A stretch of 64,000 nt of DNA from contig OZ253555.1 of assembly GCA_965262725.1 (NCBI GenBank), positions 2,240,001 through 2,304,000 of the forward strand. Reading direction: 5' to 3'. Below the pieces are notes generated by a model. It ran no database searches and was not told the DNA's origin. It saw nothing but the letters and a program-made list of their open reading frames with translations. The stretch comes from Dehalococcoidia bacterium. Lineage in GTDB: Bacteria; Chloroflexota; Dehalococcoidia; UBA2979. Position 1 is the stretch's first letter. Each line of letters begins with the position of its first letter. This document shows, in pieces, positions 9,821 to 19,976 of this stretch. A program made the position numbers and the translations under genes.

Positions 9821-10612
9821 GTGACCGCGGAGCCGCCACCGCAGGCGCCGGTCGACGGCGGGGCGCTCCGGGGCGAGCGCCTGCAGAAGGTCCTCGCCTC
9901 GCGCGGCGTCGCGAGTCGCCGGGCTGCTGAAGTCCTGATCGCGGCGGGACGCGTCACCGTCGACGGCCGCGTCGCGCGCCTCGGCGAGCGGGTCGACGCC
10001 GCGCGCCAGAGCGTCGCGGTCGATGGGCGGGCGATCGCCCGGGCGGCCCCGCCGCCTCGCACCCTGATGCTGAACAAGCCGCCCGGTGTCCTGGTCAGCA
10101 GGCGCGATGAGCATGGGCGGCGCACGGTCTACGATCTCCTGCCGGGGGCACCCCCCGGCCTGCGTTACGCCGGACGCCTCGATCGCGATAGTGAGGGGCT
10201 GCTCCTCCTCACAACGGACGGCAGGCTCGCCTTCCGCCTCGCGCACCCGCGCTACGGCGTCGAGAAGGTCTACGAGGTCACGGTCGACGGCGAGCCGTCA
10301 CCCGCCGCGCTCCAGGCGCTCCGGCGCGGCGTCCTGATCGAGGACGGACCGAGCGCGCCCGCCGGGGCGCGCCTCCTGGGTCGCCCGCGGGGCCCGGAGG
10401 GGCCGCGCCGCTCCCGCGTGCGGCTCGTGCTCCACGAGGGGCGGAAGCGCCAGGTCCGCCGCATGCTCCAGGCGGTCGGCCACCCCGTGAGGCGGCTCGT
10501 GCGCACGCGCGTCGGATCACTTGAGCTCGGAACGCTCCCGCCGGGCGCCGCGAGAGAGCTGACAGACGCCGAGCTCGGGGAGCTCTACGCGCTGGTCGGG
10601 CTCGCCCGCTGA
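9821..10612 (+). CDS. rRNA pseudouridine synthase, RsuA/RluB family (S4 domain)
   Basis: ERLQKVLASRGVASRR, LNKPPG, GRLDRDSEGLLLLT, EGRKRQVRRM; start uncertain (GTG 9761 or 9821). Confidence 0.93.
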   Translation: MTAEPPPQAPVDGGALRGERLQKVLASRGVASRRAAEVLIAAGRVTVDGRVARLGERVDAARQSVAVDGRAIARAAPPPRTLMLNKPPGVLVSRRDEHGRRTVYDLLPGAPPGLRYAGRLDRDSEGLLLLTTDGRLAFRLAHPRYGVEKVYEVTVDGEPSPAALQALRRGVLIEDGPSAPAGARLLGRPRGPEGPRRSRVRLVLHEGRKRQVRRMLQAVGHPVRRLVRTRVGSLELGTLPPGAARELTDAELGELYALVGLAR

Positions 10613-10715
10613 GCGCGCCGGCGCGCCGGCAGCGGCTCTCCTTTGTGGACGGCCCGGCTCAGCCGCCCATATCATCGAACGCCCTGGCGAGAGTGCCCAT
10701 CGATGGGAGCGTTCT

Positions 10716-11459
10716 ATTCCGCCTGATCTCGGCGCGACCGAGTCCCTCAGGAGAAGCATCGCGATCGACGGTCCGCTCGCCTCCGGCAAGAGCGTGGTTG
10801 GGCGCGCCCTCGCCGAGGTTCTCGGTATCGGCTTCTTCGACACCGGGCTGATGTACCGCGCCTGCACGCTCGCCGTCGGCCGCGCCGGCGTCGACGCGGA
10901 GGCGGAGGGCGCCGTCGTCGAGCTCGTGTGCGCGCTTGATCTGGACATGCGGTGGCCCGATCCGGCCACGCCCGAGCTCCTGCTCGCGGGCGAGAACGTC
11001 ACGCCGCTGTTGCGGGATCCGGAGGTCGAGACCGCGGTTTCGCTGGTCTCGCGCATCCCCGACGTGCGAGACGAGATGGTAAAGCGCCAGCGGGCATTCG
11101 CGGCGCGCGCGCCGGTCGTGATGGCGGGCCGGGACATCGGCGCCCGCGTCCTCCGCGAGGCGCGGGCGAAGTTCTTCCTCGATGCATCGACCGAGGTGCG
11201 CGCGCGGCGGCGCCGCGGCGAGGAGCGTGAGGCGGGGCGCGCCAGCTCCTTCGAGGATGTCCTCTCACAGACGAGGCGACGGGACGAGCTCGACCAGACC
11301 GGGCAGCGCACGATTCGCCGCGAGCAGGTGGCGCCCGACGTGCTCATCATCGACACCGACGCGCTTGGCATCGACCAGGTCGTCGCGAGCTGCGTCCACG
11401 CCTACCGCGAGGCGAATGGCGAGGGCGCGGCCGGCCCGAGGCGGGCGGCGACGCAGTGA
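10716..11459 (+). CDS. cmk: Cytidylate kinase (probable non-canonical start)
   Basis: In-frame IAIDGPLASGKS P-loop at 10758-10793 lies upstream of the first canonical start (GTG 10794); DTGLMYR, GRDIG, FFLDAS; proposed ATT start at 10716. Confidence 0.9.
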   Translation: MPPDLGATESLRRSIAIDGPLASGKSVVGRALAEVLGIGFFDTGLMYRACTLAVGRAGVDAEAEGAVVELVCALDLDMRWPDPATPELLLAGENVTPLLRDPEVETAVSLVSRIPDVRDEMVKRQRAFAARAPVVMAGRDIGARVLREARAKFFLDASTEVRARRRRGEEREAGRASSFEDVLSQTRRRDELDQTGQRTIRREQVAPDVLIIDTDALGIDQVVASCVHAYREANGEGAAGPRRAATQ

Positions 11460-12265
11460 GCAGTCCGTTCCATGCCCTCCTGCCCCGCATCGCGGCGGGC
11501 CGGCTCTCGCGCTGGGCCTTCCTCGTGGCGACGCTGCTCACGCGCGCGCTCTTCGGTGCCCTCGCCCGCGTCGACGTCCGGCACGGAGAGCGCGTACCGG
11601 ATGAGGGCCCGGTCGTGCTGATCGCCAATCACGTCAACCAGAGCGACCCTCTCATCCTGCTGGCCTACGCGCCGCGGCGGGCGCGTCCCCTGGCGAAGCG
11701 CGAGCTCTTCGAGTTGCCGCTCGTCGGGTGGTACTTCTGGCTCTACGGGGCGATCCCGGTGCGCCGCTACGCCGCCGACATGGGCGCCCTGCGCGCGGCC
11801 AGCGGCTACCTGAGGCGGGGCGAGGCCGTGCTCGTCTTCCCGGAGGGGACGCGTTCCCGCGACGGGCGGCTGCGCCCGGCCTTCCCCGGCGCCGCGACGG
11901 TGGCGCTGCTCTCGGGCGCGCCGCTGCTGCCGGTCGCGGTGAGCGGGACCCGCGGGCTCTCGGCCCGTGGGCTCCTCACCGGCTGGCTGCGCCGCCGGCG
12001 CCCGGAGATCCGCATCGAGTTCGGAGAGCCGCTCGACCCGCGCGCCGCGGCGCGCGCGGCGGCCGACGGCTCCGCAACCATCAAGTCCGGGGCCGTCGCG
12101 GAGGCGACCGACCGCGTCATGCGCGCCCTCGCCTCGCTTCTCGCCGAGGAGGCGCGCGGCGCCTACGCGGAACCCCGCAATGGCGGCGGGCCCGTCATCG
12201 CCCGCTCGCCCCAGCCGCAGCGGGAGAGCTCAGACGTTCCCGGCGGCTCTCCGAGCGGCGGATAG
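11456..12265 (+). CDS. plsC: 1-acyl-sn-glycerol-3-phosphate acyltransferase family
   Basis: NHVNQSD (H-x4-D), AKRELF, FPEGTRS; follows cmk. Confidence 0.9.
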   Translation: MSSPFHALLPRIAAGRLSRWAFLVATLLTRALFGALARVDVRHGERVPDEGPVVLIANHVNQSDPLILLAYAPRRARPLAKRELFELPLVGWYFWLYGAIPVRRYAADMGALRAASGYLRRGEAVLVFPEGTRSRDGRLRPAFPGAATVALLSGAPLLPVAVSGTRGLSARGLLTGWLRRRRPEIRIEFGEPLDPRAAARAAADGSATIKSGAVAEATDRVMRALASLLAEEARGAYAEPRNGGGPVIARSPQPQRESSDVPGGSPSGG

Positions 12266-12271
12266 ACGGCC

Positions 12272-14113
12272 GTGTGCGGCATCATCGCCTACACCGGAGC
12301 CCGCCCCGCCGGCCCGATCCTGCTCGAGGGCCTGCGCCATCTCGAGTACCGCGGCTACGACTCGGCCGGGATCGCGCTGGCGGTGGAGGGCCCGGAGCTC
12401 CACGTCGAGCGCGCGACCGGGAAGATCGAGGAGCTCGCGCGGCGCGTGCAGGGTCGTCTACCGCGCTCGCGCTGCGGTGTCGGTCACACTCGCTGGGCCA
12501 CGCATGGAGAGCCCTCCGAGCGCAACGCGCACCCCCTCACCGATCCGGAACGGCGCGTCGCGATCGTGCACAACGGCATCGTCGAGAACCACGAGGAGCT
12601 GCGCGCCTGTTTCGGCGACGGCGTGCCCTTCGCCTCCGACACCGACACGGAGGTGCTCGCGCACCTCATCGGGCAGGAGCTCGCGCGTGGCGTTGATGCG
12701 CTCGAGGCCGTGCGGCACGCCGCCGCAAAGGCGCGCGGCGCCTTCTCGGTCGTGGCGATGCCGCGCGACGAGCCGGGGCGGATGATCGCGGCCCGGGTCG
12801 GGAACGCCGGCGGCATCGTGGTTGGCCACGGGGACGGCGAACGGCTCCTCGCCTCCGACCTCGGGGCGCTCCTGCCGCACACCCGGCACGTCACCTTCCT
12901 CGAGCCCGGCGAACTCGCAGACGTCCGCCCGGGGAGCGTGCGCTACGTCGACGCCTCGGGCTCGGAGGTCGCGAAGCCGGTGGAGGAGCAGGCCTTCGAC
13001 CCTGTCGCGCTGGTGAAGGGGCGACACCGGCACTTCCTCGCGAAGGAGCTCCATGAGCAGCCCGACGCGATCCTCGACGTGCTGCGCGGCCGCTACCTCT
13101 TCGATCCGCCCCGCGTCGCGCTCGAGGGGATCCCCTTTAGTGAGGAGCGGGCGCGCGCGCTCCGCCGCGTGGTGCTGGTCGGCATGGGCACCTCGTTCGC
13201 CGCCTGCTCCGTGGGGCGCCACTACATCGAGCGCTTCGCTCGGCTCCCCGCCGAGGTCGACAATGCCTCCGAGTTCCGCTACCGGAGGCCCGTGCTGGAT
13301 CCGGAGACGCTCGTCATCTCCATCTCGCAATCCGGCGAGACCGCCGACACGCTCGCCGCGATGGACGAGGCGCGCCGGGCCGGGTGCCCGCAGATCACGG
13401 TCTGCAACACGCCTGGGGCGCAGGCGACGCGCATCGCCGACGGCACCGTGTACCTGCGCGCCGGGCCCGAGATCTCGGTGGCGAGCACGAAGTGCTTCAC
13501 CTCGTCGATCGTGGCGCTCCACGGCATCGCGCTCCACCTCGGCCGTCTCACCGGGCGGCTCGACGCGGCGCTGGGCGGGGAGCAGGTGCGGGCCGCGCTC
13601 CACCTCCCCGCGGCCGTCGGCGAGGCGCTCGACCTCGAGCCGCAGGTCTCGGGCATCGCCGAGCGCTACGCCCGCTACCAGAACTTCCTCTTCCTGGGGC
13701 GCGGCCTCTCCTACCCGATGGCGATGGAGGGGGCGCTCAAGCTCAAGGAGCTCTCCTACATCCACGCCGAGGGCTACCCCGCCGGCGAGATGAAGCACGG
13801 GCCCATCGCCCTTATCGACGAGTCGATGCCCACCGTGGCGATAGCGCTCCGCGACGAGGTCTTCGACAAGATGCGTTCCAACATCGAGCAGCTGCGCGTG
13901 AGGCGGGGGCCCGTGATCGCGATCGTGTCGGCGGGCGACCGCTCGCTCGACGGCCTCGTCGACGAGCGGATCGAACTCCCCGTCGTCGACCCGCTGCTCT
14001 CGCCTGTCGTCTCCGCCGTCCCGATGCAGCTCCTCGCGTACCACATAGCGCTCGAGCGCGGCGCCGATGTCGATCAGCCGCGCAACCTCGCCAAGACGGT
14101 GACGGTCGAGTAG
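12272..14113 (+). CDS. glmS: Glutamine-fructose-6-phosphate transaminase
   Basis: MCGI, LEYRGYDSAG, GHTRWATHG, SQSGETADT, EGALKLKE, EMKHGP, DQPRNLAKTVTVE. Confidence 0.99.
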   Translation: MCGIIAYTGARPAGPILLEGLRHLEYRGYDSAGIALAVEGPELHVERATGKIEELARRVQGRLPRSRCGVGHTRWATHGEPSERNAHPLTDPERRVAIVHNGIVENHEELRACFGDGVPFASDTDTEVLAHLIGQELARGVDALEAVRHAAAKARGAFSVVAMPRDEPGRMIAARVGNAGGIVVGHGDGERLLASDLGALLPHTRHVTFLEPGELADVRPGSVRYVDASGSEVAKPVEEQAFDPVALVKGRHRHFLAKELHEQPDAILDVLRGRYLFDPPRVALEGIPFSEERARALRRVVLVGMGTSFAACSVGRHYIERFARLPAEVDNASEFRYRRPVLDPETLVISISQSGETADTLAAMDEARRAGCPQITVCNTPGAQATRIADGTVYLRAGPEISVASTKCFTSSIVALHGIALHLGRLTGRLDAALGGEQVRAALHLPAAVGEALDLEPQVSGIAERYARYQNFLFLGRGLSYPMAMEGALKLKELSYIHAEGYPAGEMKHGPIALIDESMPTVAIALRDEVFDKMRSNIEQLRVRRGPVIAIVSAGDRSLDGLVDERIELPVVDPLLSPVVSAVPMQLLAYHIALERGADVDQPRNLAKTVTVE

Positions 14114-14129
14114 GAGGCGGAGACCGGGC

Positions 14130-16907
14130 TTAGCGCCGACCGCGCTCCGGCCCGCTCACTCCGAGGGCGGCCTGCGCGGCCGCCAGGAGCGCGATCGGGA
14201 CGCGGTAGGGAGAGCAGGAGACGTAGTCGAGCCCGGCCCCGTGGAAGAACGCCACCGAGGGCGGGTTCCCCCCGTGCTCGCCGCAGATGCCGACCTTGAG
14301 CCCGGGCTTCGCGGCGCGGCCCCGCTCGATCCCGAGCTTCACCAGACCCCCCACACCCACCGTGTCGAGCTCCACGAACGGGTCGCGCGAGAGCACGCCT
14401 GTCTCGAGGTAGGTCGGCAGGAAGCGACCGGCGTCGTCGCGGGAGAGGCCGAAGGCCGTCTGCGTGAGGTCGTTCGTCCCGAAGGAGAAGAAGTCCGCGT
14501 GCTCAGCAATGAGATCGGCGACGAGGCAGGCGCGAGGGAGCTCGATCATGGTGCCGACCGTGACGTCGATGCGCCGCCCGGCGGCCGCCATGGTCTGCTC
14601 CGCCACCGCGATCACGCGTTCGCGGAGCACGGCGAGCTCCGCTTCCGTGCTCACGAGCGGGATCATGATCTCCGGGTGGACGTCGACCCCCTCGGCCTCG
14701 AGCGTGCACGCCGCCTCGATGATCGCCCGCACCTGCGTCTCGTAGATCTCGGGGTAGGTGATGGCGAGCCGGACGCCCCGGTGCCCGAGCATCGGGTTGG
14801 ACTCGCGCAGCGCGCCCACGCGCCGCGCGATCGCATCCGGTGAGCGCCCGAGCGCCGAGGCAAGCTCCTCCTGCTCCCTCCCCGCGCGCGGCAGGAACTC
14901 GTGGAGCGGCGGGTCGAGGAGCCGGATGGTGACCGGGTATCCGTCCATGGCGCGCAGGATCCCGACGAAGTCCTCGCGCTGCATCGGGAGAATGCGATCG
15001 AGCGCGGAGCGTCGCTCCGCCTCGTCCTCGGCCAGGATCATCTCCCGCACCGCGAGGATGCGATCCTCTCCGAAGAACATGTGCTCGGTGCGGCAGAGGC
15101 CTATCCCCTCGGCGCCGAATGCGCGCGCCCGCTCGGCGTCCTCCGGCGTGTCGGCGTTCGCCCGGACGCCCAGCCGGCGCCTCGTGTTCACCCACCCCAT
15201 CAGCCGCTCGTACTCGGGTGGGAAGGAGGCGTCGGCGAGCGGGACGGCACCCCGCATCACCTCGCCCGTGGAGCCGTCTATGGAGATGACATCGCCCGCG
15301 TGGATCTCCAGCGTCCCGCCATCCTCGACGGGGACCGTGAAGAGCTTGCGGCGGTAGTCGATGTGCAGGCCGGAGCAGCCGGAGACGCAGGGCGTCCCCA
15401 TCCCCCGCGCCACGACCGCGGCGTGCGAGGTCGTGCCGCCGCGGGCCGTCAGGATCCCGGCGGCGCTCGACATTCCCTCGATGTCCTCCGGGCTCGTCTC
15501 GTCACGCACCAGGATCGCGGCGTCGCCCCTCGCATGCGCCTCGACGGCCTGGGCCGGCGTGAAGACGGCGTAGCCGACCGCGGCCCCGGGCGAGGCGGCG
15601 AGCCCGCGTGCGATCACAGCGCGCGCGGCGCCGGGCCGGAAGACCTTGTGCAGGAGTTCGGCGAGCTGCTCCGGATCCTGGCGGCGTATCGCCTCCGCCT
15701 CGTCGATGCCTCCCTCGTCGACCATGTCGACGGCGCTGGCCACCATCGCGTAGCCGCTGCGTTTCGCGTTCCGCGTCTGCAGGATCCAGAGGCGGCCCTG
15801 CTGGATCGTGAATTCGATGTCCTGCATGTCGTGGAAGTGGTCCTCGAGGCGCGTCGCGGCGGCGGTGAGCTCGCCGAAGGCCTCGGGCATCGTCTCCTGA
15901 AGCGTCGGGCCTTCGCCCGGGGCGCGCTGGGCGGCGACTATCTTCTGCGGCGTCCTCACGCCGGCCACGACGTCCTCGCCCTGAGCGTTGACGAGGAACT
16001 CGCCGACCAGTCCCGGTGCCCCCGTGGCCGGATCCCGCGTGAAGCAGACGCCGGTCGCGCAGTCGCCGCCGAGGTTGCCGAACACCATCGACTGCACGGT
16101 GACAGCCGTCCCCCAGTCGGAGGGGTAGCCGTGAAGGTCGCGGTAGACGATCGCGCGCGGCGAGTTCCAGGAGGCGAAGACGGCGGCGATGGCGCCCCAG
16201 AGCTGCTCCGCAGGGTCGTCCGGGAACGAGCGACCGCTCTGCTGGCGGACGACCGCCTTGTACTGGGCGACGAGCTCGCGCAGGTCCTCCGCCGTGAGCC
16301 CGGTGTCGAGCTCGACGCCGCGGCGCCGCTTCATCGCCGCGAGCAGCTCCTCGAAGGGGTCCTTGCTCTCGCCCGAGGCGCGGCGCACGCCGAGCACGAC
16401 GTTCGCGTACATCTGTACGAAGCGGCGGTAGGAGTCGAAGGCGAAGCGCTCATCGCCCGAGGCGCGCGCGAGGCCGGCCACGGTCTCGTCGTTGAGGCCG
16501 AGGTTGAGCACGGTGTCCATCATCCCCGGCATCGAGACCCGCGCCCCGGAGCGAACGGAGAGGAGGAGCGGGCTCTCGGCGTCGCCGAAGCGCACACCCG
16601 CGATCGACTCGATGTGCTCGATGCCCTCAGCGACCTCCGCCGCGAGCCCGGACGGGTAGCTCTCGCCCCGGGCGTAGTAGGCGGCGCAGACCTCCGTCGT
16701 GATGGTGAATCCCGGCGGGACGGGAATGCCGATCCCGCTCATCTCGGCGAGTCCGGCCCCCTTGCCGCCGAGCAGATCGCGCATCGCAGCCGATCCCTCG
16801 GCCGCGCCCGCGCCGAAGCGATAGACGAGCTTCGGGGCCGCCCAGACGCGGTCGGTCCCGTCGGTGGGCCGGGGAGGAGCAGCGGGGCTCTTGGGGGTCG
16901 TGGCCAT
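14130..16907 (-). CDS. ppdK: Pyruvate, phosphate dikinase
   Basis: LLGGKGAGL, SVRSGARVSMPGMMDT, GGTTSHAAVVARG, GIGLCRTEHMF, FSFGTNDLTQ, GICGEHGG. Confidence 0.99.
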   Translation of the reverse strand: MATTPKSPAAPPRPTDGTDRVWAAPKLVYRFGAGAAEGSAAMRDLLGGKGAGLAEMSGIGIPVPPGFTITTEVCAAYYARGESYPSGLAAEVAEGIEHIESIAGVRFGDAESPLLLSVRSGARVSMPGMMDTVLNLGLNDETVAGLARASGDERFAFDSYRRFVQMYANVVLGVRRASGESKDPFEELLAAMKRRRGVELDTGLTAEDLRELVAQYKAVVRQQSGRSFPDDPAEQLWGAIAAVFASWNSPRAIVYRDLHGYPSDWGTAVTVQSMVFGNLGGDCATGVCFTRDPATGAPGLVGEFLVNAQGEDVVAGVRTPQKIVAAQRAPGEGPTLQETMPEAFGELTAAATRLEDHFHDMQDIEFTIQQGRLWILQTRNAKRSGYAMVASAVDMVDEGGIDEAEAIRRQDPEQLAELLHKVFRPGAARAVIARGLAASPGAAVGYAVFTPAQAVEAHARGDAAILVRDETSPEDIEGMSSAAGILTARGGTTSHAAVVARGMGTPCVSGCSGLHIDYRRKLFTVPVEDGGTLEIHAGDVISIDGSTGEVMRGAVPLADASFPPEYERLMGWVNTRRRLGVRANADTPEDAERARAFGAEGIGLCRTEHMFFGEDRILAVREMILAEDEAERRSALDRILPMQREDFVGILRAMDGYPVTIRLLDPPLHEFLPRAGREQEELASALGRSPDAIARRVGALRESNPMLGHRGVRLAITYPEIYETQVRAIIEAACTLEAEGVDVHPEIMIPLVSTEAELAVLRERVIAVAEQTMAAAGRRIDVTVGTMIELPRACLVADLIAEHADFFSFGTNDLTQTAFGLSRDDAGRFLPTYLETGVLSRDPFVELDTVGVGGLVKLGIERGRAAKPGLKVGICGEHGGNPPSVAFFHGAGLDYVSCSPYRVPIALLAAAQAALGVSGPERGRR

Positions 16908-17091
16908 CGGTCACCCTCCCGCACCGGCGCCCCGGGGGAGTGACGGGGAAGCGTGCGACGCGCGGGAGGGCCCGCGTGGCCGCGCCGTGCGACACCAAGT
17001 ATACGGGGCACCCGGCCTACCCGCCCGCTACGCGGAGCTCCCACCCGAGGGCGGCTTGCCGCGCGCACCGCCGCTGCGCACACTCGTCGCG

Positions 17092-18201
17092 ATGGCAGCG
17101 CAGCGAGCCGGCCGGGCGGGGGTCTCCGTCGAGACGCGTGTGCGGGCGTCGCTCGAGGCGCGCGAGGCAGCGCTCGCCCCGGGCGCCGCCCGGGAGGCGA
17201 CCTCGCGCGGGCGGGAGCGGCCGGAGCCGCCGTCGGCGCTGCGAGTCGCCTACCAGCTCGACCGCGACCGCATCATCCACACGCGCGCCTTTCGTCGTCT
17301 CACGCACAAGACCCAGGTCTTCATCGCCCCCGACTCCGACCACGTCGTGACCCGCATGACGCACACGATCGAGGTCCAGCAGATCGCACGGACGATCGCT
17401 CGCGCGCTCGGGCTCAACGAGGACCTCGCCGAGGCGATTGCGCTCGGGCACGACCTCGGGCACACGCCCTTCGGGCACGCGGGGGAGGAAATGCTCGCCT
17501 CGCTGCTGCCCGAGGGCTTCCGTCACAATGAGCAATCTCTGCGCATCGTCGACCGCCTTGAGAACGCCGGCCGCGGCCTGAACCTCTCGGCGGAGACCCG
17601 CGAGGGGATCCTCATGCACTCCAAGGTGCGCGAGTCGGTGGCGGCCGAGGCGTGGGGCACCGCCGCCACGCTCGAGGGCCAGATCGTGAAGCTGGCCGAC
17701 TCCATCGCGTACTTGAACCACGACATCGAGGACGCGATCCGAGCCGGACTGATCACGCCCAGCGAGCTCCCCGATCGGGCCGTGGCGACCCTGGGCGAGA
17801 CGCGATCGCACCGCCTCGATCGCCTCGTGCGCGACTGCGTCGCGAACTCGTGGGAGGCAGCGCAGGACCCGCCCGGTGGGGAGGGGCCGGCGGGCCGCAT
17901 CACCCTCTCCGAGGAGGCGCTCGAGGCCACCGACACGCTGCGCGACTTCATGTTCGAGCGGGTCTATCTCGTCGACGGCCAGCTTGATCGGGCGCAGCGC
18001 GGCCAGCGGGTCCTGGAGGCGCTCTTCCGACACTACGAGGTCCACCCGCGCGAGATTCCCGGATACGCCTTGCCCGCCGACCCGCCGAGGCGGCGCGCCG
18101 CCGACTACGTCTCGGGGATGACGGACGGCTATGCGATCAGGCGGGCCCACGATCTCGGACTCGAATCGGCGGCTGACTGGCGCGTGACAGAGCGCGCGTA
18201 G
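17092..18201 (+). CDS. dgt: Deoxyguanosinetriphosphate triphosphohydrolase-like HD protein
   Basis: DRDRIIHTRAFRRL.HKTQVF, TRMTHTIEV, LGHDLGHTPFGHAGE, ADSIAYLNHDIED, DYVSGMTD. Confidence 0.93.
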   Translation: MAAQRAGRAGVSVETRVRASLEAREAALAPGAAREATSRGRERPEPPSALRVAYQLDRDRIIHTRAFRRLTHKTQVFIAPDSDHVVTRMTHTIEVQQIARTIARALGLNEDLAEAIALGHDLGHTPFGHAGEEMLASLLPEGFRHNEQSLRIVDRLENAGRGLNLSAETREGILMHSKVRESVAAEAWGTAATLEGQIVKLADSIAYLNHDIEDAIRAGLITPSELPDRAVATLGETRSHRLDRLVRDCVANSWEAAQDPPGGEGPAGRITLSEEALEATDTLRDFMFERVYLVDGQLDRAQRGQRVLEALFRHYEVHPREIPGYALPADPPRRRAADYVSGMTDGYAIRRAHDLGLESAADWRVTERA

Positions 18202-18614
18202 GAGCTATTCCGTCGCCGGGAGGAGCAAGTGCCGGCGCCTCCTCCGACGGTCCTCGCGAAGTGCCGGTGCCCGCTTCGAATGCTGAATCCGACTGACACG
18301 CCGGGGACGACCCCGCAGATGTCACGGACGTGGTCCACACCCGACAGCCGCGTCCGCCGCCACGAACACCGCCATCACGCACAGGACGAGCCCGTTCCCG
18401 ATGATCCGCCCCGGCGTCCCGCGCGCCATGCTCCACCGGATCCCCAGCCTCAGCCGCGGTCGGGTCTCGGCACCCGTGCGGCCGCGTTCGCTCCTCTGCG
18501 GCCCGCGCCGCCCGCCCGCGTCCGTGACCGCTACAATCAAGGTGAAGGGGGCGGGGGCCCGAGAGGTAACCGACCACGCGACGCACCGTTCGAACGCCCA
18601 CGCTCGCCGGCATC

Positions 18615-19376
18615 ATGGTCGTGCTTGTCGCCGCCCTGACGCTTGCGGCGCTCGCGATCCTGGGTACGGAGGAGGAGCCACCGGTGGCCATCTCCGGCGC
18701 CGGAGCGGGTCAGGCGAGCGCGACGCCGGAAGCACGGACCCCTCGCGCGGCGGCGCACGTCACGACCAACCTCCGCCAGTCGCCTCACCCCGCCGCCGAC
18801 GTGGTGGCGGTAATCCCGGGGGGTCGCGAGGCGGAACTCCTGGGCCGGAGTGCAGACGGTGCGTGGGCGCAGCTCGCCTACCCTCCGGGCGGGGTCGAGG
18901 GGTGGGCTCCCCTCGCCTCGTTCGCGATCGCGGAGCGGGACATCGCCTCCGCGCCGGTGCGGGCCTCCGAGTCGGGATCGACGCAGCCTCCCGCCGCGGA
19001 GCGCACGCCGGCCGCCGGAACTCCGGGGCCGGACGCGCTCCCCGACCTCGCCGTCGTGAATGCTTTCCTGCTTCCCGACGGCCGGCTGACGGTCTCGGTG
19101 CGCAACGGCGGCGACGCCCCGCTCGAGCAGCAGCGGATCTCGCTGCGGGTCTCGAGCGCCGAGGGGGAGATCCTCGGGGTCCTGGAGATCGGTCCCACCT
19201 CGCTCGCTCCCGGCGCCGTGGCGACCGCGATCACGCCGGTCACCGTGCGCCGCACCGGCGTCTACATCCTCGAGCTCGATCGCCTCGACGCGATCGCCGA
19301 GTCGAGCGAGTTCAACAATCACTTCAGCCAGCTCTTCGTCGCTCCCGCCGCGCCGCAGGGGAACGGCGGCGGATGA
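18615..19376 (+). CDS. Membrane-anchored protein with SH3b-like and CARDB-like domains
   Basis: N-terminal hydrophobic segment; TNLRQSP...LLGRSADGAW...EGW (SH3b-like); LPDLAV...VRNGG...IAESSEFNN (CARDB-like). Confidence 0.7.
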   Translation: MVVLVAALTLAALAILGTEEEPPVAISGAGAGQASATPEARTPRAAAHVTTNLRQSPHPAADVVAVIPGGREAELLGRSADGAWAQLAYPPGGVEGWAPLASFAIAERDIASAPVRASESGSTQPPAAERTPAAGTPGPDALPDLAVVNAFLLPDGRLTVSVRNGGDAPLEQQRISLRVSSAEGEILGVLEIGPTSLAPGAVATAITPVTVRRTGVYILELDRLDAIAESSEFNNHFSQLFVAPAAPQGNGGG

Positions 19377-19407
19377 GGGGAGACGCGCAGGTGGGAGGAA
19401 CGAGCGC

Positions 19408-19854
19408 GTGAGCGATCAGCCGCCCGACGCCGTCGCACGGACGCGCGCCCGCCTCACGCGCTCCCGCCAGAGCCTCCTCGCGGCGCTGGCCGGTGTGACC
19501 GAGGCCGACTTCCGGCGAGAGGTGGACGGCGAACTTCTGGTGGAGCGGCTGGCGAAGCTGGCGCGCCGGGAGCGCGCCGCAGTTGCGGCGGCTCGCCAGC
19601 TGCTGGCGGGAGCCGGCAGCTCGGACGACCTCTCGCCGGAAGTCGCGGCCTCCGGGGGCTCCACAACCCTGCCGCCACAGGCGATCCACGCGCTCGCCGG
19701 CGCGCGCCACCGTTCGCTCCGCCTGCTCGACGAGGTCGAGGCCTCGGAGCAAGCGGCGGCGGGCGAGCGGGCGCGTGATGCGGCGCTCGCGCTGCTCGAC
19801 GAAACCGCGGAGCGCGAGCAACGCGTCGCCGCGCTCATCGGCAGCGCGACCTGA
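19408..19854 (+). CDS. Hypothetical helical protein, weakly DinB-like
   Basis: RLTRSRQSLLAALAGVTEADF resembles DinB N-termini; GGGAGG RBS upstream. Confidence 0.55.
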   Translation: MSDQPPDAVARTRARLTRSRQSLLAALAGVTEADFRREVDGELLVERLAKLARRERAAVAAARQLLAGAGSSDDLSPEVAASGGSTTLPPQAIHALAGARHRSLRLLDEVEASEQAAAGERARDAALALLDETAEREQRVAALIGSAT

Positions 19855-19976
19855 GCGGCCTGCCGGTACAGGGGAGACTCCCCAATGCCGGATCGCGCGC
19901 TGCCTCGACCAACCGCCGCGTAACGGATCGGCCGCCGCGGTGTCTATACATGTGAGGCCGTAAGCACAGGAGCCCG

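Noticed and set aside
7282-10125. 947-aa minus-strand ORF and other long antisense ORFs (e.g. 12458-14044, 14901-16943, 21539-23494, 27556-29832, 44602-46464, 51948-53942)
   Set aside because: They overlap clearly recognisable genes on the opposite strand and carry no motifs; typical shadow ORFs of GC-rich DNA
12200-12272. glmS ribozyme upstream of glmS
   Set aside because: Only 6 nt separate plsC and glmS, leaving no leader
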